From Chitinophagaceae bacterium UBA2791 (GTDB taxonomy: Bacteria; Bacteroidota; Bacteroidia; Chitinophagales; Chitinophagaceae), in the NCBI GenBank assembly GCA_002352105.1, contig DEHV01000080.1:5231-69230 (forward strand): 64,000 bases of DNA, given 5' to 3'. The notes below the pieces were generated by a model. That model had not been told where the DNA came from, made no database searches, and worked only from the letters and a program-made list of their open reading frames with translations. The translations under genes and the position numbers were made by a program. Positions 9,937 to 17,295 of the stretch are shown piece by piece (the first letter of the stretch is position 1; every line of letters begins with the position of its first letter).

Positions 9937-10677
9937 CTATTTTTTCAATATATCCCTGACCCAGGTCTCTTTTATAGGATCGCCTTTGGAACTTAATCCG
10001 GAGTGGAGCCACTCGCCGTTTTTAAGACCGGCATCAAAACTAAGGCTTGCCCCCACCCTTTCGCTATCGCGCGAGAAAAATTCGATATGTTCAACGTATT
10101 TGCCATTCTCAAAATCATAAGAGCCGCCGCCTGTTCCGAAAAACTCCTTTGTTTCGGTATTAATAGCAAACCATTGAAACCTTGTAGAAGAAAGTATTTT
10201 GATGGTTTTCCTGGGCGACAGTTTTATCGGATTCATTTTAGATCCATCCCATCTTCCATTGATCCGCCAGCAGCCTGCCAGTCCTTTGTCGCCACGGTCT
10301 ATGCGCGTCCATTCCTGCTTTACACCGTTAAAATGGGTTGTCAGTTTATCCCCCGATATCTCGATCTTCGTAGACAGGGTCTTGCCTACCTTATCCTTCT
10401 CCGCCGAGTTAAATTCTATCTGGATAGTAAGCGTATTACCGGCGAAAGAAGTTACCCCTCCATAGGTATAGTCAAACTTTTTCTGGTCTTTGTTATAGCT
10501 TGTATACGAGGTATAATCATCCTGGAAAACCAACACCTGCTCGCCGGCGCCGGAGGATGATTTCCATGCGCCCTGCAAAGGATTGCTCTGCGCCTGGCTG
10601 CTGGCCAGGAATGGAATAAACGCCAGGGCCAATAAACCGAAGATCGAAAGGGTTGATGTTTTTTTCATATGCGACAA
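9937..10677 (-). CDS. Secreted protein with two lipocalin-like repeats
   Basis: Signal peptide MKKTSTLSIFGLLALAFIPFLASSQA. Two internally similar halves: LQGAWKSS... and LAGCWRINGRW... Confidence 0.55.
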   Translation of the reverse strand: MSHMKKTSTLSIFGLLALAFIPFLASSQAQSNPLQGAWKSSSGAGEQVLVFQDDYTSYTSYNKDQKKFDYTYGGVTSFAGNTLTIQIEFNSAEKDKVGKTLSTKIEISGDKLTTHFNGVKQEWTRIDRGDKGLAGCWRINGRWDGSKMNPIKLSPRKTIKILSSTRFQWFAINTETKEFFGTGGGSYDFENGKYVEHIEFFSRDSERVGASLSFDAGLKNGEWLHSGLSSKGDPIKETWVRDILKK

Positions 10678-10739
10678 TAGTTTTGTTATGCAGTGAATGG
10701 TTCCACAATTTACTTATTATATCGCTTATCCTGCAATTA

Positions 10740-11162
10740 TCATTCCCTTTCCAACCGGAATACTATGGGCTGTTTTTTATACGATTTAACCGGGCGACCA
10801 TTCTGAATCGCCGCCGACCATTTGCCGCTTCTGCGGATAACGCGCTCCGCCTCCTCCCTGAGCTCGTCCGGCCCGCTGATGGCGACCACTTCCGACACCC
10901 TGCCGTTATTGTCGACAATAAACTGCACTACCACGGTTCCTTCTATGCGTGTTTCAATAGCCGCTTCGGGATACCTCAGCGTTTTGCCCAGGTAACGCCT
11001 CCAGGCCTCAATGCCTCCGGGATACGCAGATTCTATTTCCACTGGTATCATTCCCTGGCTCTCGCCGGCGCCAGGCTCCGCGGGCGATTCGATCACGCCG
11101 GTTCCATATGCGGTCGGCGGAGCGGTGATCAGGTCGTCGTCCGGCCCTTCCAGGTTTTCCAA
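10740..11162 (-). CDS. TonB C-terminal domain protein, apparently 5'-truncated (possible pseudogene)
   Basis: YPGGIEAWRRYLGKTLRYPEAAIETRIEGTVVVQFIVDNNGRVSEV...GKWSAAIQNGRPV is a TonB_C fold signature. The only start is a TTG. The frame stays open upstream to ~11300 but has no ATG, signal peptide or TM anchor. Confidence 0.6.
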   Translation of the reverse strand: MENLEGPDDDLITAPPTAYGTGVIESPAEPGAGESQGMIPVEIESAYPGGIEAWRRYLGKTLRYPEAAIETRIEGTVVVQFIVDNNGRVSEVVAISGPDELREEAERVIRRSGKWSAAIQNGRPVKSYKKQPIVFRLERE

Positions 11163-11409
11163 TCCTATCCTCGCATGCGCTAACTCATCTATTTCGGGAG
11201 GTCTGTCTTCCTTACTTGTTTCTTTGTCGGGAACAATAAGAAAAGAAGCATATTTCCTTATCTGGGTTTTCGGCAGCGAAGAACGATGCTTCGGCGGCGG
11301 ATCTCAAAATCCACAGCATCCGGCCCGAAACTACAAGAAGGCAGACCCCATAGCGGGATTATTCTTTATATTGTATCCATTATTTAACCCCTCAAACCAC
11401 GTCTTTTAT

Positions 11410-14040
11410 ATGTCCTCTTCGCAAAGAACTATTATTGCGCATAGTGGTCATCGTGATCTTATAGAAAACGATCTCCAACGCATCTCGGATGCTGTAACGG
11501 AGAAGCTTCTAAAAATATCTTCGGAACAATACGACCGGTTTGTATTGCTCACGGGTATTGCATCGGGAGCCGATTGGCTGGCGGCAAATGCGGCTGCGGG
11601 CCTGGGCATGTCTGTTGTTTTACTAACGCTTTCCGAGCCTGACGAGAACGCCCGTATAGAACAGCTGAAGCGGCAATTCGGCTCCCGCATAACCGTTCGT
11701 CCGGTCCGCCCGGCCCCTGAAGCCCAGTCGTCTTTAGCCGCTTACGAAGCGCTTGCGCAAATACTCGCAGAGGAAGCCGACCATCTGATACTGCTATGGG
11801 ACGGAGTAGATACCGCTAAAGCCGGCGGCTGCTCGGAAGTAGCAAGAAAAGTCATGAATATGCCCGGCAAGGAAAAAGGGTTTCGCGGGCAGCTGCATCA
11901 ACTGATCGTACCCAGGCTTTCCAATAAATATCCGCTATGCAGCAATATCTTCCACGACAACTACAAATTTCCCCCTCCCGGAATTTTTGAATGGGCCACA
12001 ACCGTATTCCCCAAACAGTCGTACCAGGACCGGGTTTCCTGGGCTAACCGATACATTATGTACAATGAAAACTTCTGGCGCTTCCTGCTACCGAGTTTTT
12101 TAGTACTGTTCACCATGGGTCTCGGATACATCGGCTTTCTCCAGTTGGAAAAGACCCTGAACGGCAATGGCGCAGGACCCGTCGCCGCCAATGCCAGGCT
12201 GGACGCATTTTTCAATGCCGCCAACCTGATCACCCTCAACGCATCGGCGCTAAACGTAACGGAAAAGGTCCCGCTGATGCTGAATATCGCGCGATTCACC
12301 GGGCTGCTTTTTATCCTCAACGCCTTTATCGTGGCCTTCATGCTGGCCATCGGCAGCAACAACAAAAACCTGATCCGCTTTTTCCTTTGGAAGCTGGCGG
12401 GATATCACAATATTCATTTGGTCATCGGATTAAACAGTCTCAGCTACCCGCTGGCCATTGCCCTGAAACAACAAGGCGCTAAGATCATCGTGGTAGACAA
12501 AGATCCGGATCCAAATCTCAAAACCGAAGCTTCAAAGCGAGGCGTACGCGTCATGAACGGCAGCGCTCATTCTGCTGCATTCCTGAAACGCATCGGGGCC
12601 CATCGCGCCAGGAATACCTATATTCTTGAAACGGAGGATATGGAAAACATCAGAACCCTTCATGAACTGGACCAGCTATGGGCCCAATTTCCGGATACGG
12701 AAAAGCAATGTTATGTTCAGCTCAAAACATCGCGCGCCGCTGAATTCATAGGAAGACCAGGCAGGCTCTCCAGCCATGTTAATGTCAGAAGATTTAATTT
12801 TCATGAAACGATCAGCCGCAAGCTGCTGATCCGATACCCGGCGGACCGGTTCCGGCCTGGCTCGCATTCAGGCGCCGAAATACTCCTGTTCGGTTTTGGA
12901 GAGATGGGCAGACAACTCCTGCTCAGCCTGTTACAGGTCCTGCAACCGGATGCTTCCCGCCGCATCAATATTACCGTTTTCTGTAAGGATGCTGCGGCAG
13001 AGAAGGACTCGTTCTTTCAGCAGTACCCCTGCTTATGGCACGACGCTGTTCACAACCCTCTTTATGAAAAATCCTATGCTAAAAAAATAAGAGCATTGAT
13101 TTTCCCGGAAGACATGGTGGTATTCAAAGAACTTCCCTTATCAGACGCGCTTTATTTCAACGATACATCCCTGGTAAGAGCGCTCTCCGGGAACTGCGCG
13201 GCAACCTTCTATTTCTGCCTGGAAGAAGCGGCGCTAAACGCCGCCTATCTTCATGGACTATTGGGTAAAATCGGTCAGCGCGATCTGGACCTTCAACTTT
13301 TCTGTTATTTCAACCTTCCGGGAGAAAAGGAGACGGACCATGTCGCTTATATACTGAACAACCAGATCCCGCATACTCCTGTAATATTATTCGGACGCAT
13401 GGAAGAAGAATGCCGGGCCCTGGCTGCGGAAGATTTCACCATTGACGACCTGGCCGCGCTCATCAACTACTGGTACGCCTATAAAACGCCGGCCAGGGAA
13501 TGGATCGCAAAACCCCGAACAGTGATCCGACTGGCCCGGGAGGACTGGAAAGTATTGCCCTATGCCCATCAGGAAAGCAGCCGTCAGGCAGCAGATCATA
13601 TTTGGCCAAAGCTTCGTCATATCGGCGTCTCGCCGGATCAGCTGCGCCGCTCTTTAGCAGATAGCGACAAAAGAAAACAACTGCTCGCCGAAGCTGCGGA
13701 ATCTGACAATGAAAAATACCTGCAACTCTCGCGAATGGAGCAACGGCGCTGGTGCGCAGAGAAACTGCTCAGCGGTTTCCTTCCTTTACAGGATGTATAC
13801 CCCGACAGTATTGAAAATATCCGGGGATGGATCTCGAAATGGAACGACCCCGATGATCCTGGCTTTAAGAAAAAATACCAATCGCAAAAATTACATATCG
13901 ACCTGGTTCCATTCGATGAGTTGTTTGACGGCGTTATCAACATCAGGGGATCTGCGAGGGCCCATTCCGAAAAAAACAAGGACAGCGCACAGATCGAAGG
14001 CATTCCGTATTTTCTGTATGTGTTGTTCAACAGCAAATAA
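11410..14040 (+). CDS. Multidomain membrane protein: SLOG (YpsA/LOG-like), 2 TM helices, two Rossmann/TrkA_N-like domains and a RyR domain
   Basis: The first ATG in the long ORF lies beyond the antisense overlap with the TonB fragment, giving 876 aa. Domain motifs are listed in the sub-features. A 35-nt gap separates it from the downstream TIR-STING gene. Confidence 0.8.
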   Translation: MSSSQRTIIAHSGHRDLIENDLQRISDAVTEKLLKISSEQYDRFVLLTGIASGADWLAANAAAGLGMSVVLLTLSEPDENARIEQLKRQFGSRITVRPVRPAPEAQSSLAAYEALAQILAEEADHLILLWDGVDTAKAGGCSEVARKVMNMPGKEKGFRGQLHQLIVPRLSNKYPLCSNIFHDNYKFPPPGIFEWATTVFPKQSYQDRVSWANRYIMYNENFWRFLLPSFLVLFTMGLGYIGFLQLEKTLNGNGAGPVAANARLDAFFNAANLITLNASALNVTEKVPLMLNIARFTGLLFILNAFIVAFMLAIGSNNKNLIRFFLWKLAGYHNIHLVIGLNSLSYPLAIALKQQGAKIIVVDKDPDPNLKTEASKRGVRVMNGSAHSAAFLKRIGAHRARNTYILETEDMENIRTLHELDQLWAQFPDTEKQCYVQLKTSRAAEFIGRPGRLSSHVNVRRFNFHETISRKLLIRYPADRFRPGSHSGAEILLFGFGEMGRQLLLSLLQVLQPDASRRINITVFCKDAAAEKDSFFQQYPCLWHDAVHNPLYEKSYAKKIRALIFPEDMVVFKELPLSDALYFNDTSLVRALSGNCAATFYFCLEEAALNAAYLHGLLGKIGQRDLDLQLFCYFNLPGEKETDHVAYILNNQIPHTPVILFGRMEEECRALAAEDFTIDDLAALINYWYAYKTPAREWIAKPRTVIRLAREDWKVLPYAHQESSRQAADHIWPKLRHIGVSPDQLRRSLADSDKRKQLLAEAAESDNEKYLQLSRMEQRRWCAEKLLSGFLPLQDVYPDSIENIRGWISKWNDPDDPGFKKKYQSQKLHIDLVPFDELFDGVINIRGSARAHSEKNKDSAQIEGIPYFLYVLFNSK
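11425..11859 (+). other. SLOG domain (YpsA/LOG/DprA superfamily) of the 876-aa protein
   Basis: IIAHSGHRDL, VLLTGIASGADWLAANAA (glycine-rich loop after a beta-strand), ADHLILLWDG and AGGCSEVA (compare LOG PGGxGTxEE). Collinear with B. subtilis YpsA motifs ITGYKPHELG / ISGQLGVELWAAEVV / LLLLYD. Confidence 0.6.
12076..12354 (+). other. Two-TM module with an intervening pore-helix-like segment
   Basis: TM1 is FWRFLLPSFLVLFTMGLGYIGFL and TM2 is VPLMLNIARFTGLLFILNAFIVAFMLAI. The connecting LDAFFNAANLITLNAS resembles the K+-channel pore helix and filter (DALYFSVVTLTTVGYG) but lacks GYG. Confidence 0.4.
12409..13404 (+). other. Two tandem Rossmann (TrkA_N/RCK-like) domains
   Basis: The first, IHLVIGLNSLSYPLAIALKQQGAKIIVVDKD, has a degenerate GxGxxG. 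The second, ILLFGFGEMGRQLL, has an intact GxGxxG. Confidence 0.5.
13447..14019 (+). other. RyR (ryanodine-receptor repeat) domain region
   Basis: W..LPYAHQESSRQAADHIWPKLRHIG and EQRRWCAEKLLSGF...KLHIDLVPFDEL...EKNKDSAQIEGIP match the bacterial RyR-domain pattern (He.W..ek...GW...hp.lvpydeL...eK..dr..v..ip). Confidence 0.55.
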
Positions 14041-14075
14041 ACATTGATAAGAATGCTCAACCTAAAACCTTAGCA

Positions 14076-14540
14076 ATGAAACCAGAGATCATCCTGTTCT
14101 CTTCTTCCGGAAGTTATGTTATTGCAGAAAGCATTTATACTAACCTGAAAGACAACCATTCAGTTACCTTATGGAGGCAGTTTTTCGGAGAGAACAGGAC
14201 TACTCCGCTCTGGACCTTCTTCAAAAAACTGTTTCACTACGACTACGCGATCCTTGTGCTGGCTAACGACAGCATTATCTATGATAAGGTAAGCGAAAAC
14301 CATCAAGCCTGGATACCAAAAGACAATGTGATATTTGAGCTCGGCGCCACAATGGCAAGACTGGGCCCTCAGAAAACCATCTTGCTCGTTCCCGATCAGC
14401 CGCAGGTGCGCCTACCCGGCTATTTCGACGATGTACAACCCCTGCTTTTCACCTATCATAACCAGGAACACTTTACCGAAGAAGAGAAAATTGCCGCCAC
14501 AGCCGAAGCCGCCCGCAGCATATCAGCAACACTCGACAAC
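14076..14540 (+). other. TIR-like (CAP12/PF10137-type) domain
   Basis: IILFSSSGSYVIAESIYTNL, DYAILVLANDS and PKDNVIFELGATMARLGPQKTILLV match vFIgSSse...fDfAvfvltpDD...aRdNVifElGlf.G.LG..rv.ll. The putative catalytic Glu88 is encoded at nt 14337-14339. Confidence 0.8.
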
Positions 14541-15104
14541 GCTGGATCAGAGGCATTTCATGCAGAACTGCCGGCGCAGGGCCTGGCTCATGCCTACCTC
14601 AATAATTTTTTCTTCCCGGTGCGTCTCTCCAATATCCCCCAGGAATTAAACATTGACGGGCAAACGCTTTTATGGGCCCCCGAAGCGGGAATGAGTTTTA
14701 CCATTATCATACCGGAAGAGATCATGGGAAGAGAAAAGGCCAACCGCTATTTCGAAAACCTGTCGCAATGCCGCCGGGTCAGTTTCCGGGCAAACGACGG
14801 CAGGGACCTGGGCTTGTATGTTTTGCCGAGAAAAACCGAAAATGATCCCCTTCATATTCTCGACATACCCACTACGCTGCTGACTGCCGAAAACATCATT
14901 GAACGTATTGAAAGGTTCTGGAGGGATAAGGACAAAGAAAGGGTATTACAGACAGATAATGAGTTTACAGCCGCGTTGAAAACAAGAGAGATCCTGAACT
15001 TTGAACGAACGCTGCACAGTATGGTAGACGGCAGGTTCGATAACGTCTATATTGTCGCCGGCAAAGATCTTCCGGAGCATCTTGCCATGCTGCAATCGCT
15101 ATAA
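14076..15104 (+). CDS. TIR-STING fusion protein (CBASS-type NADase effector architecture)
   Basis: 342 aa. It combines an N-terminal TIR-like domain with a C-terminal STING fold; see the sub-features. Confidence 0.85.
   Translation: MKPEIILFSSSGSYVIAESIYTNLKDNHSVTLWRQFFGENRTTPLWTFFKKLFHYDYAILVLANDSIIYDKVSENHQAWIPKDNVIFELGATMARLGPQKTILLVPDQPQVRLPGYFDDVQPLLFTYHNQEHFTEEEKIAATAEAARSISATLDNAGSEAFHAELPAQGLAHAYLNNFFFPVRLSNIPQELNIDGQTLLWAPEAGMSFTIIIPEEIMGREKANRYFENLSQCRRVSFRANDGRDLGLYVLPRKTENDPLHILDIPTTLLTAENIIERIERFWRDKDKERVLQTDNEFTAALKTREILNFERTLHSMVDGRFDNVYIVAGKDLPEHLAMLQSL
14568..15101 (+). other. STING cyclic-dinucleotide-binding domain
   Basis: QGLAHAYLNNFFFPV aligns with human HGLAWSYYIGYLRLILP, FTIIIPEE with LYILLPLD, GRDLGLYVL with DRVYSNSIYEL and HILDIPTTLLT with CVLEYATPLQTL. 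Confidence 0.75.
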
Positions 15105-15142
15105 ACCATTTGCCGCATCGGAATAATACTTACCTGTAACGG

Positions 15143-16729
15143 TTAGCTCCACCGGTCGGGATCCGCCATCGCATAGTCCTGTTCATATTTTTCCGGAATA
15201 TTATTGTTTATCATACAGCCCTCTTCCAACGAGGGGAAGATATCTTCCAGCGTGGTCACTTCGTTCCTGAATATCCGGCGATAGATATGCGACCGGGTAA
15301 GATTAGACGAGCGATCGATCCCTGCGGAACCCATTAGCTCGACAAAATTCTTAACCGTCTCCCGGTGATAGTTTGCCACGCGTGTTTTTTTATCGGCCAC
15401 TACCAGTCCCACGCTTAGCGATGGATTTTGCGTAGCCACTCCCGTAGGGCACTTATTGGTATGGCATTGTAGCGCCTGAATGCATCCGAGGGCCATCATC
15501 ATGGCGCGGGCGCTGTTACAACAATCTGCCCCCAAAGCGATAGCCCTCAACAGGTGAAAACCCGTTAATATTTTTCCCGATGCAATGATACGGATATGCT
15601 TACGGATCCCGAAGCCTACCAGCATATTCTGCACGAAGGCAAGTCCATCCATCATGGGCGCGCCCACATGGTTGGAAAATTCCTGCGGCGCGGCCCCGGT
15701 TCCGCCCTCGCCGCCGTCTACCGTAATAAAATCGGGGTATATATCCAGCGCTATCATCGCTTTGCAAATACCGATGAATTCACTTTTTCTACCTACGCAT
15801 AATTTTATTCCCACCGGTTTTCCATTCGACAATTTGCGCAGCTGATGAAGAAACAATACCAGCTCGCGGGGCGTATTAAAAGCAGTGTGATAGGGGGGCG
15901 AATAAACCGCAGTATAGGGTTGCACATGGCGAATGGCCGCAATCTCAGGCGTATTTTTCCTGGCAGGCAGGATCCCCCCATGCCCCGGTTTAGCGCCTTG
16001 CGACAATTTCAGCTCGATCATTTTTATCTGCGGTATCGAAGCGTTTTTGGCAAACAGCTCAGGAGAAAAATTTCCCTGCTCATCGCGACAGCCAAAATAG
16101 CCCGTTCCTATCTGCCAGATGATATCGCCGCCGGGCTTCAGATGATAGGGGCTGATCCCTCCCTCGCCGGTATTGTGCGCAAAACCGCCCAGCCTGGCGC
16201 CTGCGTTAAGCGCTTCAATTGCGTTGCTGCTAAGGGAGCCGAAGCTCATCCCCGACACATTAAAAATACTGGCGCTATAGGGTTGGGTACAATCTTTATT
16301 GCCTATAAGCGCTCGGGGGTTATGGTCCAGCTGATGAAAATCTTTGGGAGCGATAGAATGGCTCAACCACTCATAGCCTTCTTCATATACGTCCAGCTGC
16401 GTTCCAAAAGGCATGGTATCCAGCTCGCTCTTTGCGCGTTGATAGATCGTTGACCTGTCGATCCGGTTAACGGGTCGTCCGTCGATATCAGACTCTATAA
16501 AATACTGGTACAGCTTGGGACGAAGCGTCTCCATCCAATACCGCATACGCCCCACGATCGGGAAGGTCCGCATAAGAGAGTGTTTGGTCTGCGTCATATC
16601 AAAAACGCCCATCGCTCCTAAGATCAATGCAATAACCAGCAATATGTACCAGGCGCCGTTCACAAAATAACCCAGCAGCGCGCCAGCCAATATGGCAATA
16701 ATTTCGAATACGATAAACTCCTTTCGCAT
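15143..16729 (-). CDS. FMN-binding glutamate synthase family protein (GltB domain-2-like) with N-terminal TM helices
   Basis: LKLSQGAKPGHGGILP, ITVDGGEGGTGAAP, ASGKI and CNSARAMMMALGCIQA..CHTNKCPTGVATQ. Confidence 0.9.
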   Translation of the reverse strand: MRKEFIVFEIIAILAGALLGYFVNGAWYILLVIALILGAMGVFDMTQTKHSLMRTFPIVGRMRYWMETLRPKLYQYFIESDIDGRPVNRIDRSTIYQRAKSELDTMPFGTQLDVYEEGYEWLSHSIAPKDFHQLDHNPRALIGNKDCTQPYSASIFNVSGMSFGSLSSNAIEALNAGARLGGFAHNTGEGGISPYHLKPGGDIIWQIGTGYFGCRDEQGNFSPELFAKNASIPQIKMIELKLSQGAKPGHGGILPARKNTPEIAAIRHVQPYTAVYSPPYHTAFNTPRELVLFLHQLRKLSNGKPVGIKLCVGRKSEFIGICKAMIALDIYPDFITVDGGEGGTGAAPQEFSNHVGAPMMDGLAFVQNMLVGFGIRKHIRIIASGKILTGFHLLRAIALGADCCNSARAMMMALGCIQALQCHTNKCPTGVATQNPSLSVGLVVADKKTRVANYHRETVKNFVELMGSAGIDRSSNLTRSHIYRRIFRNEVTTLEDIFPSLEEGCMINNNIPEKYEQDYAMADPDRWS

Positions 16730-16923
16730 ATCCCTGTTTTTAATCTCTGTCAGAAATATACAAAGTTAAAGGCTTATCTCATATTCGATCGATATGTTCG
16801 TTGGCGAACGCTATCCGGTTAAATTTCTTTTGGGAACACACGGATATTATCAAAATATGAATATGACAGGCCCATGTTATTCTCACGTTCCATTAACATC
16901 TTCTCATGTTTTAATGATTATTT

Positions 16924-17295
16924 TTGACCGTTATGCTCGCGTTAATCGCCGGCATGCGCAACCTTCGTTCACCAGCCAATAATAACCTGTTAATGATAAA
17001 CATCAATGCGTTAAGAAACCCTGTAGAGAGACTAAGGATAACGGCAATACTGGAAGGATGGTCATTAATTATCTTACTAGCCATTGCGATGCCCTTAAAA
17101 TACCTGGCCGACAAGCCAGAAGCCGTGCAGGTTATAGGGATGATCCATGGCTTGCTCTTCATCGCTTATATCCTCCTCGTTGTCCAGATAAAATTCATTC
17201 TCGGGTGGTCTCTGGGCAAAACCCTACTGGCGATGATCGCCTCGACCATTCCCTTCGGCACTTTCTATGTAGAAAGAAAATGGCTGAGAAAATAG
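16924..17295 (+). CDS. DUF3817 family integral membrane protein
   Basis: LRITAILEGWSLIILLAIAMPLKYLADKPEAVQVIGMIHGLLFIAYILLV. The true start may be the ATG at 16993. Confidence 0.65.
   Translation: MTVMLALIAGMRNLRSPANNNLLMININALRNPVERLRITAILEGWSLIILLAIAMPLKYLADKPEAVQVIGMIHGLLFIAYILLVVQIKFILGWSLGKTLLAMIASTIPFGTFYVERKWLRK

Noticed and set aside
11011-11409. The ORF track extends the SLOG-protein frame 133 codons upstream (start at 11011).
   Set aside because: The extension runs antisense through the TonB_C coding sequence and has no recognisable domain. Its composition is typical of the reverse strand of a GC-rich gene. The first ATG after the TonB fragment (11410) begins the SLOG domain cleanly.
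13252-13299. Possible pol-beta nucleotidyltransferase-like motif (HGLLGKIGQRDLDLQLF) in the 876-aa protein, which could have made it the missing cyclase.
   Set aside because: There is no G[GS] dipeptide. The spacing to the DxD is too short for CD-NTase/pol-beta motifs, and the surrounding sequence has no other NTase hallmarks. I treat it as chance.
15845-16453. 202-aa plus-strand ORF.
   Set aside because: It is antisense inside the GltB-like FMN enzyme gene, making it a shadow ORF.
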